DNA from: Gammaproteobacteria bacterium
Lineage (GTDB): Bacteria; Pseudomonadota; Gammaproteobacteria; DSM-16500
Length of the DNA stretch: 64,000 bases
Direction: 5' to 3'
NCBI GenBank assembly: GCA_013287765.1
Contig: JABDDD010000001.1
Location: 8,842 to 72,841 of the forward strand
Below the pieces are notes generated by a model. It was not told where the DNA came from and made no database searches. It saw only the letters and a program-made list of their open reading frames with translations. Position 1 is the stretch's first letter. The number at the start of each line of letters is the position of its first letter. Shown one piece after another: positions 41,505-51,298 of this stretch. The position numbers were made by a program, and so were the translations under genes.

Positions 41505-42461
41505 TTAAGAGCATATTTTACTCAATCTATCGCGAACTGCATCCCATTCGCTTTCATCAGGGACAGCTTCAATGACGATTTGCCGCATATTTTTTTGATC
41601 TAAAAAACGCAAAGTTGCATAGAGTTGATGGGCATAAGCTCTAGCATCCAAAGGCATTTGAATCACACAAATATCAGGGCTTAACATAATTTTTTCACGG
41701 GTTAATAAGGCTTGTGGTAAATTATCTGCTGTTAAATACGCAAGCCACTTTTCCCGAGAAAAAATTAACTTTGCAGGTGTCAATGGCGCATAATGTGAGG
41801 CAAACGCGCCTGATACTCGCTCAGCTGTGCTACCTCTCTCTTTCATTAAAACTTTTGTACCAAGCACTTTTTCTATTTCGGCATAGCTTATTGCCCCAGG
41901 ACGCAAAATTCGCGGATGCTCTTTAGTCGTATCAACAATCGTCGACTCCACCCCCACCTGACACCGGCCTCCTGCTAAAATGATATCTACTTTCTCGCCT
42001 AATTCTTCATAGACAGCATCAGCTGTCGTCGGACTAATACGCCCAAAACGATTGGCAGAAGGCCCCACTATCCCATTACCCAATTGTTTGATTAATTTTA
42101 GAGCAACTGAATGATTAGGGCAACGTATACCCACCGTGTCCTGGCCACCTGTAATTAAATCAGAAACAAAAGGCGCTTTTTTAACAATTAAAGTTAAAGG
42201 CCCTGGCCAAAAAACCTTTGCAAGTGCAAGCGCCATCGGCGATAGCTCGACTGCCCATTGAAATAACGCAGCAAAATCCGCAACATGCACAATTAAAGGA
42301 TGATCAATCGGCCGGCCTTTTGCGGCAAATACTTTACGAATGGCTGTCTCTTGCGTCGCATCCGCCCCTAACCCATAGACCGTTTCAGTAGGAAAAGCAA
42401 CGAGCCCCCCTTGCTTTAAAACGGCAGCACTTTCTTCAATAGAATATTTTAATTTCATCAT
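41505..42461 (-). CDS. L-threonylcarbamoyladenylate synthase (Sua5/YwlC long form)
   Basis: GGLVAFPTETVYGLGADA, a YrdC domain, and a C-terminal Sua5 domain; 318 aa. Confidence 0.85.
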   Translation of the reverse strand: MMKLKYSIEESAAVLKQGGLVAFPTETVYGLGADATQETAIRKVFAAKGRPIDHPLIVHVADFAALFQWAVELSPMALALAKVFWPGPLTLIVKKAPFVSDLITGGQDTVGIRCPNHSVALKLIKQLGNGIVGPSANRFGRISPTTADAVYEELGEKVDIILAGGRCQVGVESTIVDTTKEHPRILRPGAISYAEIEKVLGTKVLMKERGSTAERVSGAFASHYAPLTPAKLIFSREKWLAYLTADNLPQALLTREKIMLSPDICVIQMPLDARAYAHQLYATLRFLDQKNMRQIVIEAVPDESEWDAVRDRLSKICS

Positions 42462-42502
42462 GGCAAAATTTCGACTACATATTTAACTGATTTTCTTGTA
42501 AA

Positions 42503-43324
42503 ATGTCTTCCATGAATGATATATCCTTAATTGAACAATCAACCATCCTCCCTGCTATTGCAAAAGTGCAAGGACAGCCATTCACTGCGTTACCTAAAGA
42601 TCTCTATATCCCACCCGATGCAATGGAAGTATTTTTAGAAACCTTTGAAGGGCCGCTTGATTTGTTATTATATCTCATTAAGAAAGAAAATTTAGATATT
42701 TTAAATATTCCTATTGCCGAAGTCACCCGCCAATATATGGAATATGTCGAATTGATGAGACTGGTTTCATTAGAATTAGCAGCGGAATATTTAGTGATGG
42801 CAGCCCTTTTAGCCGAAATTAAGTCTCGCATGTTATTGCCACAAGTTGCACCCATCGAAAATGAAGAAAAAGATCCCCGAGCCGAATTAGTCCGGCGCTT
42901 GCAAGAATATGAACGCTTTAAAAAAGCCGCTGAATCCATTGATTCACTGCCTCGCAATGGACGTGATACTTTTGCCGCAAGTGCTGTTATGAATCATCCT
43001 GTTCTTGAAAAACCGAAACCCCACGTTTCGCTACAGGAACTAATGCTCGCCTTTGCTGCCGTATTAAAAAGAGCAGAATTAAATGCCCATCATCACATCG
43101 AGCTTGAAAAATTATCCGTACGTGAATGCATGGCACGCATTTTATCTGCTTTAGAACAACAGGATTTTATCACTTTTTCCAGTGTTTTTATTCCATCAGA
43201 AGGTCGCATGGGTGTTGTTTCCACTTTTTTAGCCATGCTAGAATTATTAAAAGATAATTTGATAGAATTCGTGCAAACCACCCCTTTTGGGCCTATTCAC
43301 CTTAAGGCCATTCAACAAGGTTAA
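42503..43324 (+). CDS. scpA: segregation and condensation protein A
   Basis: FEGPLDLLLYLIKKENLDILNIPIAEVTRQY is the ScpA signature; 273 aa. Confidence 0.85.
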   Translation: MSSMNDISLIEQSTILPAIAKVQGQPFTALPKDLYIPPDAMEVFLETFEGPLDLLLYLIKKENLDILNIPIAEVTRQYMEYVELMRLVSLELAAEYLVMAALLAEIKSRMLLPQVAPIENEEKDPRAELVRRLQEYERFKKAAESIDSLPRNGRDTFAASAVMNHPVLEKPKPHVSLQELMLAFAAVLKRAELNAHHHIELEKLSVRECMARILSALEQQDFITFSSVFIPSEGRMGVVSTFLAMLELLKDNLIEFVQTTPFGPIHLKAIQQG

Positions 43325-43328
43325 TATT

Positions 43329-43949
43329 ATGGATATGACTCAAAATATTTTGGAAGCAGCTCTCATGGTTGCTGGACGCCCTCTAACAATTGTTGATTTG
43401 CAAATGTTATTTGATGAACTCAATCGTCCGGATTCAGCGACTATTAAAACAATACTTAAAACCCTCATTGAAAAATATACTGATAGCGGGATTGAATTAA
43501 AAGAACTGGCAAGCGGCTTTCAATTTCAAGCTAAAACAGAGTTAAGTCCTTGGTTAATGAAGCTATGGGAAGAACGCCCTCCTCGTTATTCACGGGCTTT
43601 TCTAGAAACATTAAGCATGATCGCTTATCGACAACCTATCACCCGCGCTGAAATTGAAGAAATTCGCGGAGTCAGTGCAAGTTCGCATATTATGCGCACC
43701 TTAATGGAGCGTGAATGGATTCGAATAATAGGTTATCGCGATCTCCCAGGGAAACCAGCTATTTATGGCACCACTAAAGCTTTCTTAGATCATTTTAATT
43801 TAAAAAATCTAGAAAGCTTGCCAACTTTAAGTGAAATCACCCAACTTATTGCAGACAAAGAAACACCGTTACCCGTACAATTTGAACTAACCGATCTTAA
43901 AGAAACATTAACTCCAATAATAACTGAAGAGATAAACACTGAAACGTGA
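43329..43949 (+). CDS. scpB: segregation and condensation protein B
   Basis: LEAALMVAGRPL..., AFLETLSMIAYRQPITRAEIEEIRGV, and GRPAIYGTT-like LPGKPAIYGTTKAFL. The start is set at ATG 43329. Confidence 0.85.
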   Translation: MDMTQNILEAALMVAGRPLTIVDLQMLFDELNRPDSATIKTILKTLIEKYTDSGIELKELASGFQFQAKTELSPWLMKLWEERPPRYSRAFLETLSMIAYRQPITRAEIEEIRGVSASSHIMRTLMEREWIRIIGYRDLPGKPAIYGTTKAFLDHFNLKNLESLPTLSEITQLIADKETPLPVQFELTDLKETLTPIITEEINTET

Positions 43950-44722
43950 TGAGTGAAAAAATACAAAAAATATTGGCGAATGCAGGACTTGCCTCTCGCC
44001 GGCAAATAGAAAATTGGTTACGTGAAGGAAGAATTGCCATTAACGGTCAAACCGCTAAATTAGGCGATCGCATAACTGAAAATGTCAATGTCGCAGTCGA
44101 TGGCCGCGTGGTTAAATTATTTAAGCGCCAATCGCAAAAAACGCGGGTTTTACTGTATCATAAACCAGAAGGTGAAATTTGCTCTCGAGCCGATCCTGAA
44201 AAAAGGCCTTCGGTTTTTGATCATTTACCCTTATTACGCAATGGTCGATGGATATCGATTGGTCGTTTAGATTTTAATACCTCAGGGATTTTATTGATGA
44301 CGAACAATGGCGAATTAGCGCATCAATTAATGCATCCTGCGAAACAAATTGAGCGTGAATATGCCGTACGCATTAAAGGTCAAGTGTCTCCTGATATGTT
44401 AAAACAACTTAAAACCGGTATTGCGCTTGATACAAAAGAAAAAGAAAAAGAAAAAGAAAAAGAATTACCTGCACATTTTGCAAGTATTATTGATGCAGGT
44501 GGTGAGGGGTCTAATCATTGGTATCATGTGATTGTCCACGAAGGCAGAAATCGCGTTGTACGCAAGTTATGGGAATCGCAAGGTGTGCAAGTCAGTCGTT
44601 TGATTCGCATTCGATTTGGAACACTCACATTGCCACGTGGATTGCGTCGAGGAAAATGGATGGAACTTGAGTCTGATGCAGTGAGTGATTTAATTCAGTC
44701 ACTGAAAGAGGCTCAAGAGTAG
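43949..44722 (+). CDS. rluB: 23S rRNA pseudouridine synthase RluB, with a KEKEKEKEKE insertion
   Basis: S4 domain (IQKILANAGLASRRQIENW), catalytic GRLDFNTSGILL, and YHVIVHEGRNRVVRK. The start is ATG 43949, overlapping the scpB stop. Confidence 0.85.
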   Translation: MSEKIQKILANAGLASRRQIENWLREGRIAINGQTAKLGDRITENVNVAVDGRVVKLFKRQSQKTRVLLYHKPEGEICSRADPEKRPSVFDHLPLLRNGRWISIGRLDFNTSGILLMTNNGELAHQLMHPAKQIEREYAVRIKGQVSPDMLKQLKTGIALDTKEKEKEKEKELPAHFASIIDAGGEGSNHWYHVIVHEGRNRVVRKLWESQGVQVSRLIRIRFGTLTLPRGLRRGKWMELESDAVSDLIQSLKEAQE

Positions 44723-44778
44723 TATCCCACAAGGGAAGAGGTGATATTGGAATATTTTATAAAATAAAAAGGATTTTT

Positions 44779-46884
44779 ATGTTATCTCCAGACTATCAAG
44801 CTATGTCTTCAGATATAGAGCCTTCTTTTGAGTTACGTCCCATCATCGCTATGCATAATATTAACATTTTCTTCGGAAAATTTTGTACCGACGCAGTCGA
44901 TTATTGCCCTGAAAAAATAAAAAAAACAGTTTCTGCACTAGCAACAGGTTTGACCGATATTTTTAGCGCTATTTCTAAAGGATTATCGGCTTTTGTTACC
45001 CATCGTCATGGAAAAACTCAGTGGGAAAAACCACTGCTTAATGCTTTAATGATTCCGGTTAATGTCGGCTTAACAATCGCTCATCTTTTGCCTATCAGTG
45101 CACGCGGATGGGGCATCCCTTGCTTGCCTGCGCTGATGGTATTTACTAGTCCAGGTTTTTTATTTTACGATGCAATCATCCAACCTAACAAATGGTACCG
45201 CATTCGAAATGGTATCGCAGGCGTTTTATCTGTGATTGCAAGTGCCTATGCTTTTTTATTCGTGATGGCTTTAACAGTGCGCTTACAAAAAGGTGAATTT
45301 GAAACTACTTTAAATCCGCTTGAATGCTTCAATCTTATTTTACAAACTCCTTTATCTCGTTTACAAAAATTATTAGCAGCCACGATGGGCTACACGGCTG
45401 CCTTTAATGTCACTTTATTTATTCGTGATTTTATACTGCATCAATTTCAATATAGTTTAAATAATTTTATGGCAGAGATTAAAACACGCTACCAAGAAAA
45501 AGCGCTTGATCATATTGATCGACTTTATAAACAATATGAAGATGATACTCAAAATGATTTATATCTCGTAAAAATAAGTGAAATTGAAGCATTAGAACAG
45601 GATCTACAAGAAAAAATAGCGTCCGGAAAAAATTGGGATTACTATGGTTTTTCTCTGCAACTTGTGGAAGAAAGCATGAAATTCTCGGCTGTTGCCTTTG
45701 AGTGGCCTACTAGAATAACGGCATCCTTTCCACTAGTCCAAAGTGCTTTATTAGCAAATAACTTATTAAGCGAAAGACAAGGAACAAATTATCTGACTAC
45801 GACAGGAGAACCCAAAAAAGCAGAAGAGAAACCCCTATCGATTATTAAAGATAATTTAAACCCACACCCCCGCAGTGTATTGGTTGAAAAAATAGCTCAA
45901 CGCTTTGGATTATCAGACAAAGAGGATGATTTTATTTTACACGCCTCAAGCGTAAAAAATACAGATTCATCTGAATATACAGATGCATCACTTTCTTTAA
46001 TCAAAAATACTTATCTTTCAAGCCCGCTTCGCTTAATTTTTTTTACTTTAAAAGGATTTATCACTAACGATCCTGACCCTGCACCGATTGCTATGTTACA
46101 CTACGATCGAAAAGAGATTTATTTGAAAGCCATCAAAGCAAACTTTATGGGGAAATTGCTGCCTTTACCATTAATGCCTACTAATCCCAATGATTGTCCT
46201 CGCAATTTTTTTGATGAAGAAAAATATTATAAAGCACATGATGATCAGACCATCAAGGAGATGTTGCAAGGCATCTTCAACATTGATTCAAATTCAAAAA
46301 CCATTTCATTTGAGCGAAAAGCAAATCTATGGAATCAATTTTTTTATTATTTATTAACAAACCCATCCCCCGCTATAACACCTGACGATCTAAAACAAAA
46401 TTTTTCTCAATTATCTGCCAGAGAAAGAGAAACACCCATCAGTACTCGACGAGATTTTCCAAATAAATCTGCTCCTACATCTCCGACTACTAATCGGTCT
46501 CTTGTCAGTTCTAATAAAAAAAGGGTAGACGTGAGTGACCAACACTCAGACATTGGGCATGACTATAAGTTTCATTTTCATTCAAACTCTGCAAGCAGCA
46601 CACCTACCGGAAGAATACGTAAAAATAAAAGCGTGCCAAATATGCCAGGGACTCAGACAGACCAATTAAGTGCGCAGGCGTTTCAAAGTATCCCCGCCTA
46701 TTACACTCGCCTATCGGAAGTGCACCAAACATTGTTTCATGCAGCCCAAGCCACGCCTACACCTTCTGGAAAAAATTATTCTTTATCATCATCATCTTCT
46801 TCTTCATCATCTTCTTCTTCTTCAACTTCTTCTTCAACTTCTTCAACTAGCCATATGACTCGATCAAGAAGCAAGACTCGCTAA
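44779..46884 (+). CDS. hypothetical membrane protein with a C-terminal poly-Ser tract (effector-like orphan)
   Basis: 701 aa. The N-terminal third has several TM segments. The C-terminus is ...LSSSSSSSSSSSSSTSSSTSSTSHMTRSRSKTR. Confidence 0.45.
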   Translation: MLSPDYQAMSSDIEPSFELRPIIAMHNINIFFGKFCTDAVDYCPEKIKKTVSALATGLTDIFSAISKGLSAFVTHRHGKTQWEKPLLNALMIPVNVGLTIAHLLPISARGWGIPCLPALMVFTSPGFLFYDAIIQPNKWYRIRNGIAGVLSVIASAYAFLFVMALTVRLQKGEFETTLNPLECFNLILQTPLSRLQKLLAATMGYTAAFNVTLFIRDFILHQFQYSLNNFMAEIKTRYQEKALDHIDRLYKQYEDDTQNDLYLVKISEIEALEQDLQEKIASGKNWDYYGFSLQLVEESMKFSAVAFEWPTRITASFPLVQSALLANNLLSERQGTNYLTTTGEPKKAEEKPLSIIKDNLNPHPRSVLVEKIAQRFGLSDKEDDFILHASSVKNTDSSEYTDASLSLIKNTYLSSPLRLIFFTLKGFITNDPDPAPIAMLHYDRKEIYLKAIKANFMGKLLPLPLMPTNPNDCPRNFFDEEKYYKAHDDQTIKEMLQGIFNIDSNSKTISFERKANLWNQFFYYLLTNPSPAITPDDLKQNFSQLSARERETPISTRRDFPNKSAPTSPTTNRSLVSSNKKRVDVSDQHSDIGHDYKFHFHSNSASSTPTGRIRKNKSVPNMPGTQTDQLSAQAFQSIPAYYTRLSEVHQTLFHAAQATPTPSGKNYSLSSSSSSSSSSSSSTSSSTSSTSHMTRSRSKTR

Positions 46885-46886
46885 GC

Positions 46887-46976
46887 AGGGTGGGCAAAGG
46901 AGCGTTTTTCGCGACGTGCCCACCAATCAGCGCTATTTGGTGGGCACGTCGTAAAAAACACTCCTTTGCCCACCCT
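46887..46976. repeat. large imperfect inverted repeat of the same family as 29090-29200
   Basis: Arms are AGGGTGGGCAAAGGAGCGTTTTTCGCGACGTGCCCACCAA (46887-46926) and TTGGTGGGCACGTCGTAAAAAACACTCCTTTGCCCACCCT (46937-46976). It shares the TGTAGGG...T-run...CCACCAA architecture and lies between convergent genes. Confidence 0.8.
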
Positions 46977-46997
46977 ACATGTGTACTGAGAAAAGTC

Positions 46998-49565
46998 TTA
47001 TGTTTTAGCTTGATTTTTTAATTCATATAATAATGCTAATGCATCTTTAGGTGTGAGCTCATCGATATCTAATAATTTTAATTGATCAAGCACGGGATGA
47101 TTTTTATAGGTAAAAAAATCTGCTTGAGACGGATTTTCTTTAGGCTTTATTGTTTGACTTTTATCAAGTATCTGTAATTTTTGCTTAGCTTGCAAAATCA
47201 CCTGTCGCGGCACCCCTGCTAATTGCGCAACTTCAATACCATAACTTTGACTAGCAGCACCTTCTTTTACAGTGTGTAAAAAAATAATCTTTTCATGATG
47301 CAATGCTGCTGCAAAATGCTTATTTTTAATAACAGGAATTTCATCAGCAAGTATAGTTAATTCAAAATAATGCGTGGCAAATAAAGTAAGAGATTTAATA
47401 TGCATCGCTAAATATTCAGCAATAGCAAAAGCAAGAGACAATCCATCAAACGTACTCGTCCCTCGACCGATTTCATCCATTAAAACTAAACTCTTATCAG
47501 TTGCATTATGTAAAATCGCCGCGGTTTCTGTCATTTCTACCATAAAAGTAGAACGACCACTGGCTAAATCATCAGCAGCGCCTATACGCGTAAAAATACG
47601 ATCCACTAAACCAATGCGAGCACTTGCCGCTGGTACAAAACAACCGGTGTAACTTAATAAAGTTATCAAAGCAATTTGCCGCATATAAGTCGACTTACCA
47701 CCCATATTTGGACCAGTAATTAATAACATACGTTCTGTTGCAGCTAATTTTACATCATTTGGTACAAAGGGTTTAGTTAACACAGCCTCTACCACTAAAT
47801 GACGACCGGCTTTAATTTCAATACCCGATTCGCTCGTTAATTCAGGACATACCCAATTTAAACTATCTGCACGTTCTGCAAAATTAATTAAAACATCTAA
47901 TTCAGCCAGTGCTACGGCCGAACGTTGTAATACAGCTACATCTTGCATTAATTTTTCGAGTAATTTTTCATATAATTCTTTTTCGCGCGCAAGTGATTTT
48001 TCTCGGCTGCTTAAGGCTTTATCTTCAAAAATTTTTAATTCAGGCGTAATAAATCGTTCGGTATTTTTTAAAGTTTGACGACGAATATAATCAACAGGCG
48101 CCTGCTCTGCTTGCAGACGGCTTATTTCAATATAAAATCCATGAATGCGATTGTATCCTACTTTTAAAGTAGAAAGCCCCGTGCGTTTTTTCTCGCGCTC
48201 TTCTAATTCTATTAAGAACTGCCCGGCATTTTCACTTAAACCTAATAATTCATCTAATTCTGCATCATATCCTTCGGCAATCACTCCGCCATCACGAATC
48301 GTCACTGGCGGATTTTCAATAATTGCTCGCTGTAATTCTTGATGTATGTCAGGAAATTCACTAATTTCTTTTGCTAAAAAAATCATGCGTGTGGCTGTCA
48401 ATAATTTTAATTCTTGTTGTATCGCTGGTAATATATTTAAAGTTGTTCTCAATTCTACTAAATCACGTGGACGCGCAGTTTTTAGTGCAATCCGCGTCAC
48501 AATCCGCTCAAGATCCCCGACCGTTTGTAAAAGATCATGCAACTTTAAATAACGTCGATCTACTAAACTTTCTTTGATGGCAGCCTGTCTTTTTCGTATT
48601 TCATCTAATTGTCTTAAAGGACGATTGACCCAACGTTTTAATAAACGAGAACCCATCGCTGTGGCTGTGTGATCTAATACCGCAATCAGCGTATGTTCTT
48701 CGCCGCCTGATAAATTTTGCGTTAATTCTAAATTACGGCGAGTCGCTGCATCTAAAATAATAGCTTCTGCAAAACGCTCCACATGTAGCGCACGAATATG
48801 CGGCAAATCACTGCATTGTGTTTGTTTCGCATAATGCAACAGTGCACCAGCTGCTCTTAACGCATTTTTCATATCAACACAATCAAAACCAGCTAAATCA
48901 TGTGTTTGCATTTGCTGAATTAATAATCGCTCAGCAGTTTCTAAACTAAATTCCCACGGCGGGCGGCTTTTTAAATTTAAATTTAAAGAAGAATGCGTGA
49001 TAGTTAAACTTAAATCTTCACACACTAAAAGCTCCGCTGGTTTCAAACGCTCTAATTCACTTTGCAGCGCGTCTTGTCCTTTTACTTCTAATAAATTAAA
49101 CCGACCATTGGCAATATCTAATGTTGCAATGCCAATTTTTTCTTCATCTGCATAAAAAGCAGCGAGCACAGTATCTTGCCGATCATTTAAAAAAGCCGCA
49201 TCACTCACCGTGCCAGGTGTTAACACACGAACGACTTTCCGCTCAACTGGGCCAATACTTGTTTTAGGATCACCCACTTGTTCACAGATAGCAATCGATA
49301 ATCCCTGACGCAATAATTTTCCAATATAAGATTCCGCAGAATGATAAGGCACACCTGCCATTGGAATAGGATTATCTTGCAATTGGCCACGCGCTGTTAA
49401 AGTAATATCTAATAAACGCGCGGCTTTAATTGCATCTGCAAAAAATAATTCATAAAAATCACCCATACGATAAAATAATAAAGTCTCAGGATAATTCGCT
49501 TTGATGCGCAAATATTGCTGTATCATCGGCGTGGACTGTTTAATATTTTCACAGACTGCAGTCAT
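46998..49565 (-). CDS. mutS: DNA mismatch repair protein MutS
   Basis: [35 protein letters not shown] and [12 protein letters not shown]; 855 aa. Confidence 0.9.
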   Translation of the reverse strand: MTAVCENIKQSTPMIQQYLRIKANYPETLLFYRMGDFYELFFADAIKAARLLDITLTARGQLQDNPIPMAGVPYHSAESYIGKLLRQGLSIAICEQVGDPKTSIGPVERKVVRVLTPGTVSDAAFLNDRQDTVLAAFYADEEKIGIATLDIANGRFNLLEVKGQDALQSELERLKPAELLVCEDLSLTITHSSLNLNLKSRPPWEFSLETAERLLIQQMQTHDLAGFDCVDMKNALRAAGALLHYAKQTQCSDLPHIRALHVERFAEAIILDAATRRNLELTQNLSGGEEHTLIAVLDHTATAMGSRLLKRWVNRPLRQLDEIRKRQAAIKESLVDRRYLKLHDLLQTVGDLERIVTRIALKTARPRDLVELRTTLNILPAIQQELKLLTATRMIFLAKEISEFPDIHQELQRAIIENPPVTIRDGGVIAEGYDAELDELLGLSENAGQFLIELEEREKKRTGLSTLKVGYNRIHGFYIEISRLQAEQAPVDYIRRQTLKNTERFITPELKIFEDKALSSREKSLAREKELYEKLLEKLMQDVAVLQRSAVALAELDVLINFAERADSLNWVCPELTSESGIEIKAGRHLVVEAVLTKPFVPNDVKLAATERMLLITGPNMGGKSTYMRQIALITLLSYTGCFVPAASARIGLVDRIFTRIGAADDLASGRSTFMVEMTETAAILHNATDKSLVLMDEIGRGTSTFDGLSLAFAIAEYLAMHIKSLTLFATHYFELTILADEIPVIKNKHFAAALHHEKIIFLHTVKEGAASQSYGIEVAQLAGVPRQVILQAKQKLQILDKSQTIKPKENPSQADFFTYKNHPVLDQLKLLDIDELTPKDALALLYELKNQAKT

Positions 49566-49648
49566 ATTGATTTCTCTATTATTAAGATTAGGATTAAGAT
49601 ATTAAGATTGAGAATCTTATACCCTGAGTCTTTCATTAGGTAAAGAGC

Positions 49649-50137
49649 ATGATAGATAAAATTAAGCAGCAAGTGATTCAATTAGGTGAACAGTTAAAAG
49701 ATCTTAATTTAAAATTAGTCACGGCAGAATCTTGTACCGGTGGCGGTTTGGCCTATTGGATAACAAGTGTCCCAGGAAGTTCTGCCTGGTTTGACAGAGG
49801 ATTTGTGACATATAGCAATGCGGCTAAAGAACAATTATTAGGCGTGAACGCGATGACACTCAATACTTTTGGTAGTGTCAGTGAACAAACTGTACGCGAA
49901 ATGGCAGAAGGCGCATTGCAACAAAGTACAGCAGATATTAGTATCGCAATCACTGGTATCGCAGGGCCTGAAGGCGGATCAGTCAGTAAACCCGTGGGCA
50001 CGGTTTGGATAGGAAGTACAAACAAAATTCAAACCATTTCGCTTTTGCGTATTTTTTCAGGAGATAGACAATCTATTCGCATGCAATCTATCAGCGATGC
50101 TTTAGATATTATTTTAGAGACTATCATTGCTAGTTGA
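49649..50137 (+). CDS. pncC: CinA C-terminal domain protein / nicotinamide-nucleotide amidase
   Basis: LVTAESCTGGGLA...GFVTYSNAAKEQLLGV...ITGIAGPEGG. It occupies the classic cinA-recA position. Confidence 0.8.
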   Translation: MIDKIKQQVIQLGEQLKDLNLKLVTAESCTGGGLAYWITSVPGSSAWFDRGFVTYSNAAKEQLLGVNAMTLNTFGSVSEQTVREMAEGALQQSTADISIAITGIAGPEGGSVSKPVGTVWIGSTNKIQTISLLRIFSGDRQSIRMQSISDALDIILETIIAS

Positions 50138-50248
50138 TTTATTTTATAAGCGCCTTATAATAATCAAAAGGTACAACGCTTTCAAAAATAAAAAACACTT
50201 AACCCCCCTGGCTTCATTTTTCAAACAAAAAACATTTAAGGATCTCCA

Positions 50249-51289
50249 ATGGAAGAAAATAGACAAAAAGCACTCGCTGCTGCATTGAGTCAAATTGAAC
50301 GACAGTTCGGTAAGGGTTCTGTTATGCGGTTAGGTGATGACAGTGCAGAACATGATATCGAAGTTATTTCAACCGGGTCTCTATCGCTAGATATTGCCCT
50401 TGGTATTGGCGGTTTACCTCGCGGTCGAATTGTTGAAATTTATGGACCTGAATCCTCTGGCAAAACAACACTCACTCTTCAAGTTATCGCCTCTTGTCAA
50501 AAAATGGGCGGGACAGCTGCTTTTGTAGATGCAGAACATGCACTTGATCCTGCTTATGCCAAACGTTTAGGTGTTGATGTCGATCAATTATTAGTTTCTC
50601 AACCAGACACCGGGGAACAAGCGCTTGAAATCACCGATATGCTAGTGCGTTCTAGTGCCGTTGATGTGGTTATTATAGACTCTGTCGCAGCACTCACCCC
50701 CAAGGCTGAAATTGAAGGGGAGATGGGTGACCAACATATGGGTTTACAAGCACGTTTGATGTCACAAGCCTTACGTAAATTAACCGCTAATATCAAACGC
50801 TCCAATACACTTGTTATTTTTATTAATCAAATTCGCATGAAAATTGGTGTGATGTTTGGTAATCCAGAAACAACCACTGGGGGAAATGCTTTAAAATTTT
50901 ATGCATCCGTTCGTTTGGATATTCGTCGAATTGGCAGCGTTAAAAATGGTGATGAAATCATTGGCAGTGAAACACGAGTAAAAGTCCTCAAAAATAAAGT
51001 GGCGCCTCCCTTCAAACAAGCAGAATTTGATATTATTTATAACGAAGGTATCTCGCTGCAAGGTGAAATAATTGAACTAGGTGTTAACCATGGATTCGTT
51101 GATAAAGCGGGCTCCTGGTTTAGCTACCAAGGACAACGTATTGGACAAGGGAAAGATAATGCGCGTCAATTCTTGAAAGAACATCCAGAACTTGCCCGAA
51201 CGATTGAAGCTAAAATTCGCGAAAAGTTATTGATCAAACCTAAACAAGGCTCGACTGAAACGACTCTCCCTGAACTTTTGACAGAGTGA
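50249..51289 (+). CDS. recA: recombinase RecA
   Basis: [34 protein letters not shown] and [37 protein letters not shown]. Confidence 0.95.
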   Translation: MEENRQKALAAALSQIERQFGKGSVMRLGDDSAEHDIEVISTGSLSLDIALGIGGLPRGRIVEIYGPESSGKTTLTLQVIASCQKMGGTAAFVDAEHALDPAYAKRLGVDVDQLLVSQPDTGEQALEITDMLVRSSAVDVVIIDSVAALTPKAEIEGEMGDQHMGLQARLMSQALRKLTANIKRSNTLVIFINQIRMKIGVMFGNPETTTGGNALKFYASVRLDIRRIGSVKNGDEIIGSETRVKVLKNKVAPPFKQAEFDIIYNEGISLQGEIIELGVNHGFVDKAGSWFSYQGQRIGQGKDNARQFLKEHPELARTIEAKIREKLLIKPKQGSTETTLPELLTE

Positions 51290-51298
51290 TGATTGACC

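Noticed and set aside
44435-44464. An (AAAGAA)5 hexanucleotide tandem repeat inside rluB.
   Set aside because: It is in frame and encodes KEKEKEKEKE in a surface linker of RluB. It is probably a benign slippage-derived insertion rather than a regulatory switch.
51290-51298. No recX between recA and alaS (only about 9 nt of spacing).
   Set aside because: recX may be located elsewhere or be absent in this lineage. This cannot be evaluated from one window and is not intrinsically unusual.
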